From the human T2T-CHM13v2.0 reference genome, Homo sapiens, in assembly GCF_009914755.1 (NCBI RefSeq), contig NC_060938.1: a stretch of 64,000 bases of DNA. One strand, 5' to 3'. The position numbers were made by a program, and so were the translations under genes. Under the pieces are notes generated by a model that saw only the letters and a list, made by a program, of their open reading frames with translations, was not told the DNA's origin and made no database searches. Positions 26,761 through 40,900 of the stretch are shown piece by piece. Position 1 is the first letter of the stretch. Every line of letters starts with the position of its first letter.

Positions 26761-28782
26761 TGAGCTGTGAGAACTCAACATCTCTGAACATCATTTTCTC
26801 ATCTGCAAAGTGAGGAGAATAAAGTATTAGGGTTGCTGTGAGGGTTAAATTCAAGAAGGCACACATGCCCAGCACAATGCAGCACATAGCAGGCCCTCCA
26901 TACACAGTCCTCATAAGGATCCTAGTGGCATGTATGAGGACTTGCTGATGGCAGAGCCCCCCAGAGCCAAGGCAGTGGAAAGCTCATTCGACCTCCCGTG
27001 GATGTCGGCAGAGGCAGCGTGGCTCCACAGGAAGAGGGGTGGCCTTTCAGGAGGCAACCAAGGACAAATCCCAGTTCTGCCACCCTGGCTAGCCACTCTC
27101 CCTCCCCAAGCCCTTGCTTCTCCATCTGCAAAATGGGGATGGTAACAGCTCCTGGTCAGCACCATACAAAGATGCTAAGCAGGCCTGGCCACATGAGGGA
27201 GCGGCTCAGTCCTCTAGCTGAGTCTCATCTACTTCAGCAACTTCTAAGTAGGGCCAACAGAGGGTTAAGCAAAGCCCTGGGTGAGCCTCTGGTGAGATCA
27301 GATTTCTGTGCCACGGAACTTGACCGCGTCCAGTAATAAACACTCAGGCTGATCTTTGATAGCATGGCCCCCCCAGTGGTTGCCGAGGCTGCAGCGCTAA
27401 TGACAGGAAGCCACGAGAGCAAGGCAACCACCCAGACAGAGCAGGCACCCCCTGCTCAGCAAGCAGGGCCTTCCACAGACTCACAGAACAGATCTACTGA
27501 ACCAGGACAGGAGGCCTGAGCACCTGGGGACCAGCACAGCCCAGAAAAGGGAGCCGGCGTCTTTGCAAGTGGTTCCGACTCCTTCCCAGGAGATTTTGGG
27601 TTTTGCTTTGTGCCTTTAAGGCACAAGTCCAGTAAGAAACCAGAACTCCCTTTTGGAAGCCAGATCCTATGATGTCACCACCTGTCACAGCAGGGAGGGT
27701 ACACTAAAGCTCCAGGCCACCCTACTAGGGAGCTCTGGAGCCCAGGAAGCTCTGGACCCTGGAGCAGGGGCTGCCTGTGGCCTTTTACAGAGCTGTGGCC
27801 ATGGCTTTTGCAGAGCTGTGGCTCCATCAGGGACCGCCTGTGGGGACAGCTTCAATTAAAAACACAACCTGCCCAATAAAAATAGTTTTCCTTTCACAAT
27901 TCAAGTCGAGAGAAAGCCTGCAACATGCCTGGTGACAAAGCAGGGACCAATCAAATCTGCCCCAGCTCTGCACCCCCCTTCTCCTTTCCTGCCCCTGCCA
28001 CAGAAACCAGGCCACGGCTGCTCACCACATGTGTCTGTGTCAGCATCCTGGTTTGCGTGGCCACAGTGCTTTCACGCCAGGCCCTGCCGAGATGCCGGGG
28101 GGACAGACTTGTGAGAGGGCCCTTTGCCCTTGAATTCCCAAGGACCCCAAGGATTCCCAGAGACCCTAGGCAGAATAAGATCTTGGGTTCCACTTGGGGA
28201 GAAGCAGGGCAGGTAGAGGCCAGTTTGTGTCACCACACCGGCCCATCTGCCCATCTGTAGAATGGGCAGCCACACCGCCCGCCCGGGAGAGCAGGATGAG
28301 TCGGCACAAACAGCTGTGTCTGGGTCTGGCCCAGAGCCGGACGCACAGCAGGTACTCAGCCCCCGCCCCCACCCCTCACACACCTCACAGTGTTTCACTC
28401 CCTCTCGTGGCCACAGCTTTTTAAGAGGCTCCTTTTGAGCCACTTTTTTTCTTTTTCAAAGCTAATGGGCAACACATTCTCCCAAAGAGAAACTCAGCAT
28501 TTTGGACGGCTCCAGCAATGTACACAGTCAACCAAGGAATCTTCCCCTAGCCTGGTCTTGGCGGGGCAGGGGATTGTCTGGGGTGGGGGAGGGGGTGGCA
28601 GTGGCAAGGGCCGAAGAAAACCTCAGATGTTAAGTGTTATCCAATTAAGCTGTCGCTAAACAACCCAAAGAAGCGGGATTGGGAGGCTGGGGAATGCATT
28701 CTGGGAGCAAGACTCTCAGAACGGGTGGGGGCACCGTGGGGGACTCCTGACCGAGGGGCACCGGGCCCTGGCTCATAGTTCA

Positions 28783-29480
<698 letters not shown>

Positions 29481-31664
29481 GGGGGCCTCTGGAGCAATCA
29501 AATAGGTTCCATTTGGGGATTTGTTTCCAAAACTTCGGGCTACCCCTCCCTGGAAGAGCTGGGAAGCTCACAGCCTCCCCTGTTTGCTGTATCAGGATGG
29601 GCTGTTCCTACAGGCCCGGGACACCTTGGGTCCGCCTCCAGCCTTGGGTCCGCCTCCAGGTGTCTGGGCTCTGTTAGCCTCCTGTCTGGCAGACCACCAG
29701 CTGGGGGCTCTCTCCAGCCCCAAGCACTGAGCGTGCTGCACCCAAAACGCAATGCCCTTCAGAAGGCTTTCACACCCCCCTACCACACCCCAAGAAAACC
29801 CTGGCGCTGCTCACCCCCTCCTAACGTCTCGGCCTGGCTTGGGAGGCCTCCCGCCATGTGACAGCAAGGACACAGGGCCAGGGCCGGCCCCGCCTCTGCC
29901 CAGCCCCACAGCTCGCTCAGCTCCACAGCAAGGCCTGCATTTGATTTAGCCGTTTATCTTAAATGGCTAAGAGACCACCAGGGCAAAACATTTGTGTGAA
30001 GCCCTTGCCAAAACCACAAGTGAAGAAGCCCAAATTCCCTGGGCAAATAATTGAGCAGGGAAGCATCAGAGAGACAAAAAGGAAACGTCAACAAGAGGAT
30101 GGGCAGCTGGGCCCAGCCGGCTTTGCCAGGGAGGCCCAGCACAGGTCTGCACGGGTGGGAGTCTGCCCACTCCAGGGCCCCCACGTGGATTCCCCCATCG
30201 CAAGGAGAGCCACAGGACCCTGCAAGCCACCAGGAGCCAGGAGCCTGTCAGTCTTCATTGGACTGAACTTCCTAACACACTGACGGGAACTGGGGCTTAG
30301 AATACCCATTGCACAGACCAGGAAACTGACGGCGTGACTGCAGAAAACTGCAGACATCAGCAGCCCCATCCAAACCCCAGCTGTCTGGCCCCAGAACCAG
30401 GGCTCTTTCTCTGTAGCCCTGGTTTCTCTAAAACATGGGTTATCCAGGATCAAGGCATCAGGGCATTTAAGAAGACCCCCTGCTTAGGGATTGCAAGCTG
30501 TCAGTGTCCTGTCAAGAGGTCAAAGCTAACACCAACACTGCTCGGAACCCCCTGAACCAACAAAGACCTCATACTAGGTGAGGCCTCGGGCCCAGGGTAT
30601 TTCTGAGCTGGGGATAGCCCTGGAAGGATGTGGCTGAGGAACCAGTAAACAGTTTCAGCCTCAGATGCTGAGGGGAAGGCCATGCTAGATTTAGTGCCAT
30701 CCCTCAAGGAAGGTCAGGACCTGCCTCCTCCTGGAAGCCTGCCCTAGCCTGAACCTTCCAGCACTGGACACTGCATTTGATCCTGTCCACTGGTGGTCTC
30801 AAATCCCTATGTAGGCCTTCCCTGCAGACCACCGAGGGCTCTGGGTCATCCATCATCATGACAGCCACCTCGCTCAGAAAAGATCCACATTCCACTGGGG
30901 GAAAACTGAGGCTTAGGGAGATCTGAGACTGGAACCCAGTTGTGTCCCCGAAGCCCGCAATGCTCTGCTTCCCTCTAGGGCTGCAGCTGGGTAAGTGACC
31001 AGGGGTCCTGGGATCTCTAGAGCAACGGCCACATAGTGGGCGGAAGTCTGAGATCCCTGGGCTCAATCCAGCCATTGGAAGCTGCAAAGGCCAAACCCAG
31101 GCTCTGGTTCCTGGGTTCTGGGTGAGGCCACGACACAGCCAGCACCATTTATCACTACTGAGAAACCAGCAGAAGCAGCTCGAGGCCTGGTAAGGGTTGT
31201 CCCAGGTGCTAAGAAGCTGACTCTGTCTCCGTGGTGGGAGGAACCGTTGCAGAGCAGGTAGAAAACAGGCATCTGGCCACACCCTTCTCCTGGAAACGTC
31301 CAAGGTGGGGCTCAGACCAGGGTCTGTAAAGGCGATGTCACACACCACACGTTGTTCCCTGCATAGGGGTCAGGGGGTAGGCCGCCCTGGACAGGTTTCC
31401 CCAGAGTCTCATTAGCAATTGTGACCTTGCTGAAGTCCACCTGCTCCAGGGACCGGCTCAACTGAGGCAGGGGAGGGGGGCAGCCGGGAGAGGGGCTTCA
31501 AATCCCAAGCTCTACAGGGCCTCTCTGGGGCTCCCAGAGCACCTTCTACACTGGGAGAGGTTTCCACACGGGGCAGCTCAAACCCAGAGCCCTTCCCAAG
31601 GGTGGAACTCAAGAAATCTGAAGCTACTGCAAAAGCCCAAAGTGATGAAAGGAGCCACCTACGG

Positions 31665-31925
31665 CATGACTCCATGGATACGAAATGTTCATAAGAGGCA
31701 AATCCATGGACACAGAAAGTAGCAGTTGCCAGGGGCTGGGGGGAGCCAGTAGGGGTGTGAGGGGTGGCTAATGGGCACAGAGTTTCTTCGGGGGGTGATG
31801 AAAATGCTCGGGACTTAGACAGGAGTGACGGCTGCACGACATTGTGAATAGATCCAAAACCACTGATTGTACACTTTAAAATGGTCAATTGTACATCATG
31901 TGACTCTTACCTCAACTTGAAAAAA
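31665..31925 (+). mobile_element. L1MB/L1MC-like 3'UTR fragment
   Basis: ggcaaatccatggacacagaaagtag...gggggtgatgaaaatg...gtacactttaaaatggtcaatt...ctcaacttgaaaaa. Confidence 0.8.
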
Positions 31926-34900
31926 CAGCCTCAGTACCTGTCCCAGGCTACCTCCCAGCCCCCATCCTTCCTCAGAGGAGGGGTATTTGCCTTTAAAAGT
32001 GAAGCTGGGAAATCCAGAAAGCACTTAAGGAGCGCTTGAGATGTGGGACAGGGTATGCACCCACACACGCACAGAGGAAGCCACCAGAGCTCCCAGGCCG
32101 CACAGCCTTGAGGACCGAGAGGACTGGATTCAAATTCCTCCTCGGCTGTCTCCTGGCCTCGTGACTGAAGGTGAGTCACTTTCTCAGAGCCTCAGCTCCC
32201 TCAACTTTAAAGGAAGGGTCAGGTCAGCCCTGAGCCAGAGCCGGAGATCCAGGAAACTCACCAAACGGTCACTATCATTCTCTTGCTTTCCATTCTGAAA
32301 CTTTCCCCACTCCCTATGGTCCTTTCCAAGGCATCATCGCTGCCCAGCGAAGAAAGCAAGAGGATGTTCTCTGAGCATAGCAAAGCGCCCTGCAAAGACC
32401 TGCAAGACACTCCCAAAAAAACGCTGGCTTTGGAGGTCTATGCACAAAAAAAAAAAAAAAAAAAAAAAAAGGTCTAAAAATAAGGCCCCTAAAATGCCTC
32501 TTCTTAGGCTCCAAAACAGGGCAATGCTAGATAAGCTCATTCTTGATGCCTTCATGGGTTTAAGCATTCCACAGGGGTCTGTCACCCGTCTCTCTTCTAG
32601 AGGGACTTTGCAGAGGCTCCTGCTCCGTTCCTCACACATGCGCACTCACCCAGCGAACACGCCCACCGCCGAGGAGCGTGGAGACACAAAAACGCCTGGA
32701 AAAGCCCCATCCCGGTTTCAGGGGGAATTCGAGCCTTCCCCACCCCTGAAGCCTCTGGGGCGTCCCCTCCCAAATGGGAGGATTACAGATTCCATGTTCA
32801 GAGCTGGAGAGAGGTGGTCTGGAATACACTGTGCAGGAGACGAGTATTTTTCTCCCTACTGGTGCCTTTCAATTGATACATTTTTTTAAGCTGAGAACTC
32901 CTACTGATAGTGCAGAAATGAGTCATAGATCAAGGAAGGAGACAGCCAGGGAGGCAGCGCGTGTGAGTGAGGGACACTGGCAAGGGAACCTGACAGTCCC
33001 CGCGCCCCCTCCCCCCATGCCAAGACATTAATTCTCACAAGTCGGAGAAAATTACTATGCATGAATGCAAAAAGCATGATCAGGAGTAATTAACATGGCT
33101 TCATATGCAAATTTTATTAATGCAGAAGTACAAAGTCATTATGCAAATGAAACTTACGTCAACTCTCTTGACAAATATTCATCTCTGAGGCTCAAGTTTC
33201 TCCCTTTTTATTTATTTATTTATTTATTTTTCTCTCCCCCCTCTCTTTTATCTTGGGCTTCTTTTTTTTTTCTTTTTTCTTTTTTTGGTGGGGGAAGGAC
33301 AGCGGGGGGAAGGAGGTGGCGCTGGTGGACGCTACAGCGGTGGCAGCAGCAAGCCACAAGGACTGTTTGACAAGTTTGCAAAGTTGTTTTCCAACCAGAG
33401 AAATTTATTCTTGCATTGTTGATTTTTTTTTCTTTTTTTTGGTTGTTGGCAGGTACAAGACAGCTCATAGGAGAAGGGGGAAAAAATTAAAAAAATTAAA
33501 AAAAGCTCTGGGCAGCAGGCAGCCAATCAAAACGCCAGAGCCTGTAATGAGGGCGATTGATGGCTGTTTGGCTTTTACTGCAGGGTAATGAACTAGAATC
33601 CAGTCTGAGGAGGGGGAAAAATATGAATATTCATGAGACTGTGCTCCTGCCTTTGATGATTAAAGAAATTTTTAATATTCAAATAAGCGCTTGCCAAGTG
33701 ATTAACAAAGAACAAGCACGCAGAAATATGGAAATGGGAGCCGGGAAAGATTTGAGAGGCGAACGTACTGTGCAGGAAAGGCAGCGCCAAATTTCATAAA
33801 CAAGATAGGCAGATAACCCAATTCGCACGCGGGCAAATAAAAATATTTTTTTCTGATCACTTAAATATTTTGCCAGCTACTTTGTCTTAAGGATGATAGA
33901 AAAAAAATGCTAAGTATTAAGAGCGTGAGGGGGAAAAGAAATAACGTGAAGTCAAATGCCTGGCTCACATTTAAAAATCATTATCCTGATCCTAGCTCAT
34001 CTCCTCCCACCCCAACGGGAAATTAGGATTCTTTTTCCGGTTTGCTACAGAGGGAAGATGGAGGAGAAGCCAGCACAGACTTGAAACTCCAGTGTGTGAG
34101 ATTCAGGCCTGCCTGTTCTGGGTAGGCACAGGCATGAACTGTGGTCATCTGGCACTTCTAGGCTGGTCCAGAGGGAACCCTGATGTCTAGAGGGCAGGGG
34201 ATGTGACGCTGGAGAGCTCAGGCCTCCTGGAGGCTCAGGCCCTGGTCTAAACACAAGGAGAAGATGGTCTTTAGGAGAGCAGGGGGCACCTCTTGAGAAG
34301 CTGAAAGGGCTCTGATCTTCAGCACAGGGCCTGGCCCGGGGATCTTCAGGGCCGTGAGGAAAAGCGCCCTCCACCCATCCCAACGGCTCCAAGAGCTGTC
34401 TGCTAAGACTGCACGCTCATATTTTAACAGCTCCACCATGGGTTCACATTGAAGCACATAATAACAGTATTAGCTGGTAAAATGATCCTGCAGTTAAAAT
34501 ACATCTAATTAGCAGCCCATGACATCCATTTTGGCAATTTCCTATTTGAAAGAAGTGGAGTGCAACCTTAAATGAGACAGGAACTGGGTGTTCACCTGAC
34601 AAGACTGGCCTTCTCTCATCATTTGTCTTTCTCTCAATCCCTTTTTTTGGGGGGCTGTGGGGGGTGTAGAGGGGGAGTGGCTGAGACAGCAGGAATAGAG
34701 AAGAACAATTCTAGGGAGACTTCTTCGTTTGCTCAATTTCAGAGCTACACAGGTCTTTGGGGTTGAGGGTGACTCAAAAAATAAATTCCTTCACTCCACA
34801 GGTATTATTTCATTTCTTTTTTTTTCTTTTTTTTTTTTTTTAGCTTTTAATTACCAAGGTCTAGGAACCAGCAATGACTGGAACTTGTTTTCCATTTCAT

Positions 34901-37900
34901 TGTAAAATATATACCAACAATCATCATCATAAAGCAGAAAGGGAAAGCAAAGCATTTAAGTGAACACGCAGGTTACCATGAAAAGCTGCAAGTCTAGGGT
35001 GGGTCCCCAAGGCAGGACCAGAGAGGGAGTGGGTGTGCCACGTGGCTCAGCTCACTGCCCCAGAGCATCTGGGGGACCTAGAAATGCCAGGCAGGGCGAT
35101 GGAGCTCCCCAGGCCCCACCTCCCACTCCTGGATTCTCATTCTCCATCAGACACCACTGTTTTGTCTGGGCACCCGATGGCCATTACGGGTCTCTAGTCC
35201 CTTGTTGCCACGGGTTTTGGCTTGGGGGTGAACATGTAGGTGTCCTTGGAAAGAAGAGCAACGAAAAGGGAAAGTCAGGTCTCACAAGGGTTTGCACAGC
35301 TGTGTTTAAAGAGTTCCTTCGGGGTCATTACACGGGAGACATAAAAACAGTTCGAATCTACGTTTGGCCTCTATGTGGGCGGCTAGCTGAAAGACAGCAG
35401 TCCTTGCAGGTGGCTGAGGAGGGTAAGAATTCAAATGCAGGTGAAAGAGCCTGTCCAGCATCCTTCATCAACCATCTAGGCCCTAATGGATCCAGAGAGG
35501 GTCACTGAGGAGTGCCAGGCTGCAGGAAGTGAGGTGGGTTCACCAGGGGCCTCCAGGAACATGGGCAACTGCTCATCTTTGGGTTGAGACCACTTCTACC
35601 ATCACTTCCACAAACGGCCATCCAGAGATTCCCCACAGGCCACCCACGACCCTGTGTGGCCACCAGGGTATCCACCTGCACCCACCGTGAGAAGGCTTGG
35701 CCGTGAGGGAGACTAGAAGCACACCTCAGGGAGCACCCTGAGCCAGGCTGCCCTACTCTAAGCTCCTCCTCTTGGAGCACTTCCGAAATCTCATCCCAGA
35801 AAATGGAGAGGCAGAGCCAAGGAATGATCGCGTCCCCCACCGACACTACCAAAACCTTTCTCCTCCTTCCACCAGAGATTGGAAAGGGAACATCCTCCCC
35901 AGCAGCTGCCTCTTGCAATTTAGAGGCAGGCACGCTTGGGCACACCCCTTCCCCAGGTCCAAAAGCACCTGTTTCATTGACTGCCAACTCCAATTTCCTC
36001 AAGATGCAGGCAGCTGAAATACTCCAGGGCTGCTGATCCCCTTTCTGCACCCTGACCCAAGGACTGGTGAAGTTACATCACAAATTCCAACACCAAGGCC
36101 CCTGTGAGGGAGCAGAGGACACTTCAATGTTGATGGGGAGGAAGGGCATCCCTCAGCCATCTTCTGTGAACCACGGAGGTGGAGGGGGCTGGCCGTTCCA
36201 GCCCCTAAGTGGGCATTTGCAGGGGGTAGGGGGGCGCAGTGAGGGACACGCAGCTTGGACTCTTCTTTTGCTTGTCTCTCGGGGAAAATCCTGCAGTGTT
36301 CCGAACTACTGAAATGCAAATAAACCACAAACACTTGTCCTCCAGCCGGGACGCTGATCATTCCTTTGCTCCTAGGCATCACGGCTTCAGGACACAGATA
36401 CAAAAATGAATATAACTCCTCTGGGTGACCTCAGGCAGGCAGGGTCCACCAAATTGGGGCCCACCATCCTGGAATGGGCAGGCCTGAGGACAACAGAAGG
36501 TGAAGCCATGTGTCGCACTGGTTAGAAAAATGTGTGCATGCACATCTATTATCTATAAGAGAGGTTCTATATACATATACATATGCATATGCACATACAC
36601 ACACAAACACTCATCTATCAGCAACGTGGACATGTTAAGATGTCTTGCGCGCATCCAACCAGAGTCCACAGAGGGCAAGGACAAATTGCAACTGAGAGAT
36701 TCTCCAAATCTCACCAGCAAAATCAGCCAGTCAATACCTAATGGAGGAATTGCCCCTTTTCCTCTCAATTTAGGTTTTCTGATCAGAGGTGTGGTAGCTG
36801 CTTCAACCTTCAGCAGTCTCTGTTTTCTAAGACAATTTAATTCAAGATCCTTCAGTAATTTTCTCTCCAGTTGCGTCCAGAGCCACAAACAGTATACTAC
36901 ATGTCATCTGCATGAAGAATAACTCAACGAAGAGTGAAGGCAGGCTGCAAACCGAAGTAAAGTGTTAGATAAATCATCTGGATACCAAGCATAAAGAATG
37001 TGGGACTTCGGGTTGGGACCCTGTAGCCCTTTCCCAGATGGAACTTAGGGGCCAGACTCCAATGACAAGCTTGGCCAGGCATCCCTCAGATATGTTCCTA
37101 TTTCTTCATTAATTTAGAGCTGGGGGTGGGAGTGGAAATACACAGTTAAGATAGAACTCACATGTCACACAAGGCAAAAACCAGGAAACTCATCTTCAGA
37201 TTGGGTACCTACAGTGAGTTTTAAACTAAGGACACCTTTTTCTATCCCCTCAGCATCCACTGTGCCTGACCTTTGAGGAATGACCCGGAAAACACTGAAT
37301 CCTGACACGTGTTAAGAATCTGGCCCTCCCTAAAACATGTTTACAAACTGGGGAGTTCAGGAAGTTGTGGTTCCAAGGTCCCATGAACTCCAATGCTGGC
37401 TTTTGCTCAACGGCCATGTACAGACAGTGCAATGGAATAAACAGAAGGAGGAAGGCTGAGCTGCGAGAATCCCGGAGAATTAAGAATGAAAATAAACAGC
37501 ACAGCCAATAAAAAGAACATAAAGAAAACGGAGTGCCCAGCAAGGAGGTTATTGGGATGACTCAAGCCCGAAGCAGCCAGAAAAGGGAACAGAAATTTCA
37601 GGTGCAGATGGAGTCATGGATATGAGGAATGTAAGCATCATCAACCTTTTTAAGATCAGACCATAAAACTCTACCTGAGCCATAAGGGAACAGACAACCA
37701 CAGGGCCAGCAGGGTTTCTTGTTTCAGATGGAACAGAAATAAATTTGGTTAGTAGAAGGTTAAAAAGAAAGAAAAAAGGAAAGAAAGAAAGGAAGAGAGA
37801 GAAAAGAAATCAAATTGTAAAAAGGAGGACCCTGCTATAGTTTAAATGCACATTTTGTTTTGGGTTGCATTTAATAGAATTATAGGCAATTGATTTCTAC

Positions 37901-40900
37901 TATTGTAATAAAAAAAATACAGCTCTCCCCTGGATTTTGTTTATGACTAAATCTCTTTTCTCCCTTTCATTTTTTTTCCTTTTCCTAATGGACTTATAGA
38001 AGACCGAGGTTCAGTGCTTTGCATTACATAAGAACAAAATCTTTTCTATGGCCTCTTTATGTTCCTAAGCCAAGTCTGAAATGTCACTGACTAAAAAATT
38101 GAACAGGCCTGTAATTACTTTCAACAAAGTAGTTCCTTTAACTGAGTTTTCTGTATGTAGATGGCATTTAATATACATATCGTAAGCCTTCTTTTCAGCA
38201 CAGGTAACATTTGATGGCAAAAATCACAAATTTTCTTCTAAGGGAGCTGTCTGACAGCCACCTTCTTACTTATTTTTTGACGTGAAATCCGTTTTCATCT
38301 CCTAACACACTAGCGGTGACGTGCAGTGCGTGCACAACAAAATGTGTAAAAATTAACACTTCGCGGGACTAATTTAATAAAGATTGTTAGCACATTAACG
38401 CTAGGAATATTGCTCCTTACGATTCATCTAGCCACGCGCGAGACGCCGCTGTAACAGAGGTTTACATTCAGCTGAGGTTTATACCGCTATTTAATGTAAT
38501 TAAAGAAACCGGCAGCGCAGTCCTCAATGGAAATATCATTTCTATTGCAGACTATTCCCATTAGAAATTGGGGGAAATCATAGCACGCTGACTTTGATTT
38601 TGTTGTAATTTTTTTTTTTCCTCAGCTGTCTTTGAAACAGAGCTGATGTGCTGGACCTCAGACAGAATTGACTGCAGAAACCCTGCAAAGATCCCGCGAT
38701 AAGACAAGCCTCTTCTCCCTACAGGAGTGCCCAGTATTTATATGCCACTTACTTGGTTTTGAAACTGTTTTTTTATTATTTTTTTTAAATCTACAGCCTC
38801 TGTTTGGCTGTAATTACCCAGGAAGTTCTCTGCCCAGCACCCCATCATGAAATATACCCCAAAACAACATTGTAGATAAGAGCCCAGAGGCGGGGAGGCC
38901 TCCGGGGCCACTCTTACACATAAACAATCATAGTGTAGCCAGGATCCCAACGAGCTCCAATTCCAGATCGGGGCGAGAATCTAGCTGTAATCTCAGAGGA
39001 AGAAAGCAGCAAGCATCGCTCAGGAGGCCTCAGAGACTAAACAGACACAAAACCCAAAAGAAAAAGAAAAAAAAAAATCTTCGCACCACATCACCAAAAT
39101 GGCAGAAAAATTAAGTCTTGGGGCTGAGACGAAGGGAACCTGACTCAGCTCCTCCGCCTCTGACAGCTGCCTCCTGCCCTTGGAGCGGCCAAGTGCAAAC
39201 AAAAATGAGACCTTTCTTCTCTAAACCTGCTTGCTACGTGTCCCTGTGCTGTAGGGGGGACGATGTCGCTTTTTTCCCCCTTCCCTAAGTGCATTTTAAT
39301 ACCCTTATTCTACATCCTAATTTCTTTGAAAAAAACATCAGTGTCACTAAAAAAAACGTCACTCTGTTTTGCAAAATCCAGCAGCTTCCTTGGCAGCGAG
39401 AAAGGCTGGCTGGCATTATCCCCTCATTTGACAAAACTACTATTTCTGGGCATGTGGTCAAAAGCAGGTAGGAAGCAAATGCTGAGAAATAAGGAAGTAA
39501 AAACAGCCAACAGATTTTTCACTACCGAAGACGCCAAGCGTAAACATGATTTATTTAGCTGTGTTTAACGTGTCTGTCCTCCACTCGACTACAAGCCCAC
39601 TTGGGTTTAAGGAAAGGGTGGGTAGAAGGGGACAGGAAAAGGGGAGTGGGGAGGACATCAGGGAGAGGGAGCAGGGGCAGGCGGCGCTGAAGGAAGACTT
39701 TCTGAGCGGTTCGGTTCAGAGTTTTAGGAGAACAAGAATCCTCTACCCCAAAATACATGCATGTGTCAAAAGAAGGCAGCACTAATCTGCTGGTTAATTA
39801 ACGAGCTGCCACTAACAAAAGATGGAAGACCCAGTTCATACAGACAATATTTACATGGGCGTTGCATGATCTTGTCCCCCTGCTTCCCTACCTTTTCTCG
39901 CAAACCATGTGGGCTGGGTACAGCGACAGGCGGAGAGGCCCGTCAGGTTGGGAGGGTTACGAGTCCAGCCGTGGAGAGGGGAATATCACGGCCTTCCTTG
40001 CCCAGCCTTGCATGCCCACGTGGAATTTACTTAGATCTGTATTCAATTAAGAAGCACCAGACAGCTCCTGGCTCCAAGCCTGCACCATCGCAGACTCCAG
40101 GTATCTGCCGTTCCCCACTCCAGCCCCAGTGCCAGTGAACAGGGGCTGGGTCAAGGCCCCCATGGGGAAAGGAGAGGACCACACTCTCCCACCCCTACCC
40201 CACAACTCCAGCCCAAAGTCTTGGCCCAGCCAGGGTGAACAAACCAAATACATAAAGAAAGCTTCTGTATTTCCTAACTAACAAGACTAATCCAGAGGTT
40301 TTGGACCCTGCCAGAGGTTATTTTATGAAAAATCTAATTCAAGTAATCCAGCTTTTGCTGGAAAAAAGAAATCAAGACACTTCCAAAGAAAAGCAACAAC
40401 CAAAAAGTAAAATGGAGCCCCAATAGGACACTTAGGCCCTCTGGCTTCCCTAGTGAAGGTACCATTTCATAGCAGACAGCTGTGTGCTCCATGGGGATAA
40501 GTGCCAATTTTTGTTAGCTCTGAGAGGCGGTGAGAATTTCCTCACTGGTCCGCTTTGAGTTCCTTCCTCACCGGCACCTAGCAAGCCTGTGCATTTAAAG
40601 ACTGCTTGCTGTATGCATTCCTCCCTAATCCAAGTCTACATGTCCCCTGTCCAGCTCCTCTCCTTCTGGGGCCTGAGACCAAATATCAGGAAAAAATACC
40701 TTTTCTAGGGTATTCAGGTCAAGAGCAGCAGTGACACTATTCAGTATCAAGATTCTGAATCATGTGACAGTCCCAACAATAACAAGGAGCTGGGGTGGGG
40801 GAACACTCCTCTAAAATGAATGGGGAAGTGGGGGAGTTTCCTATTGGTATCAGGTTACTAAATTGAAAAACCAAGTGCCCCCCTCCCCACATAAACCTCC

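Noticed and set aside
26479-26914. MDGW/IHPS repeat ORFs
   Set aside because: Artefact of the (TGGA)n tract.
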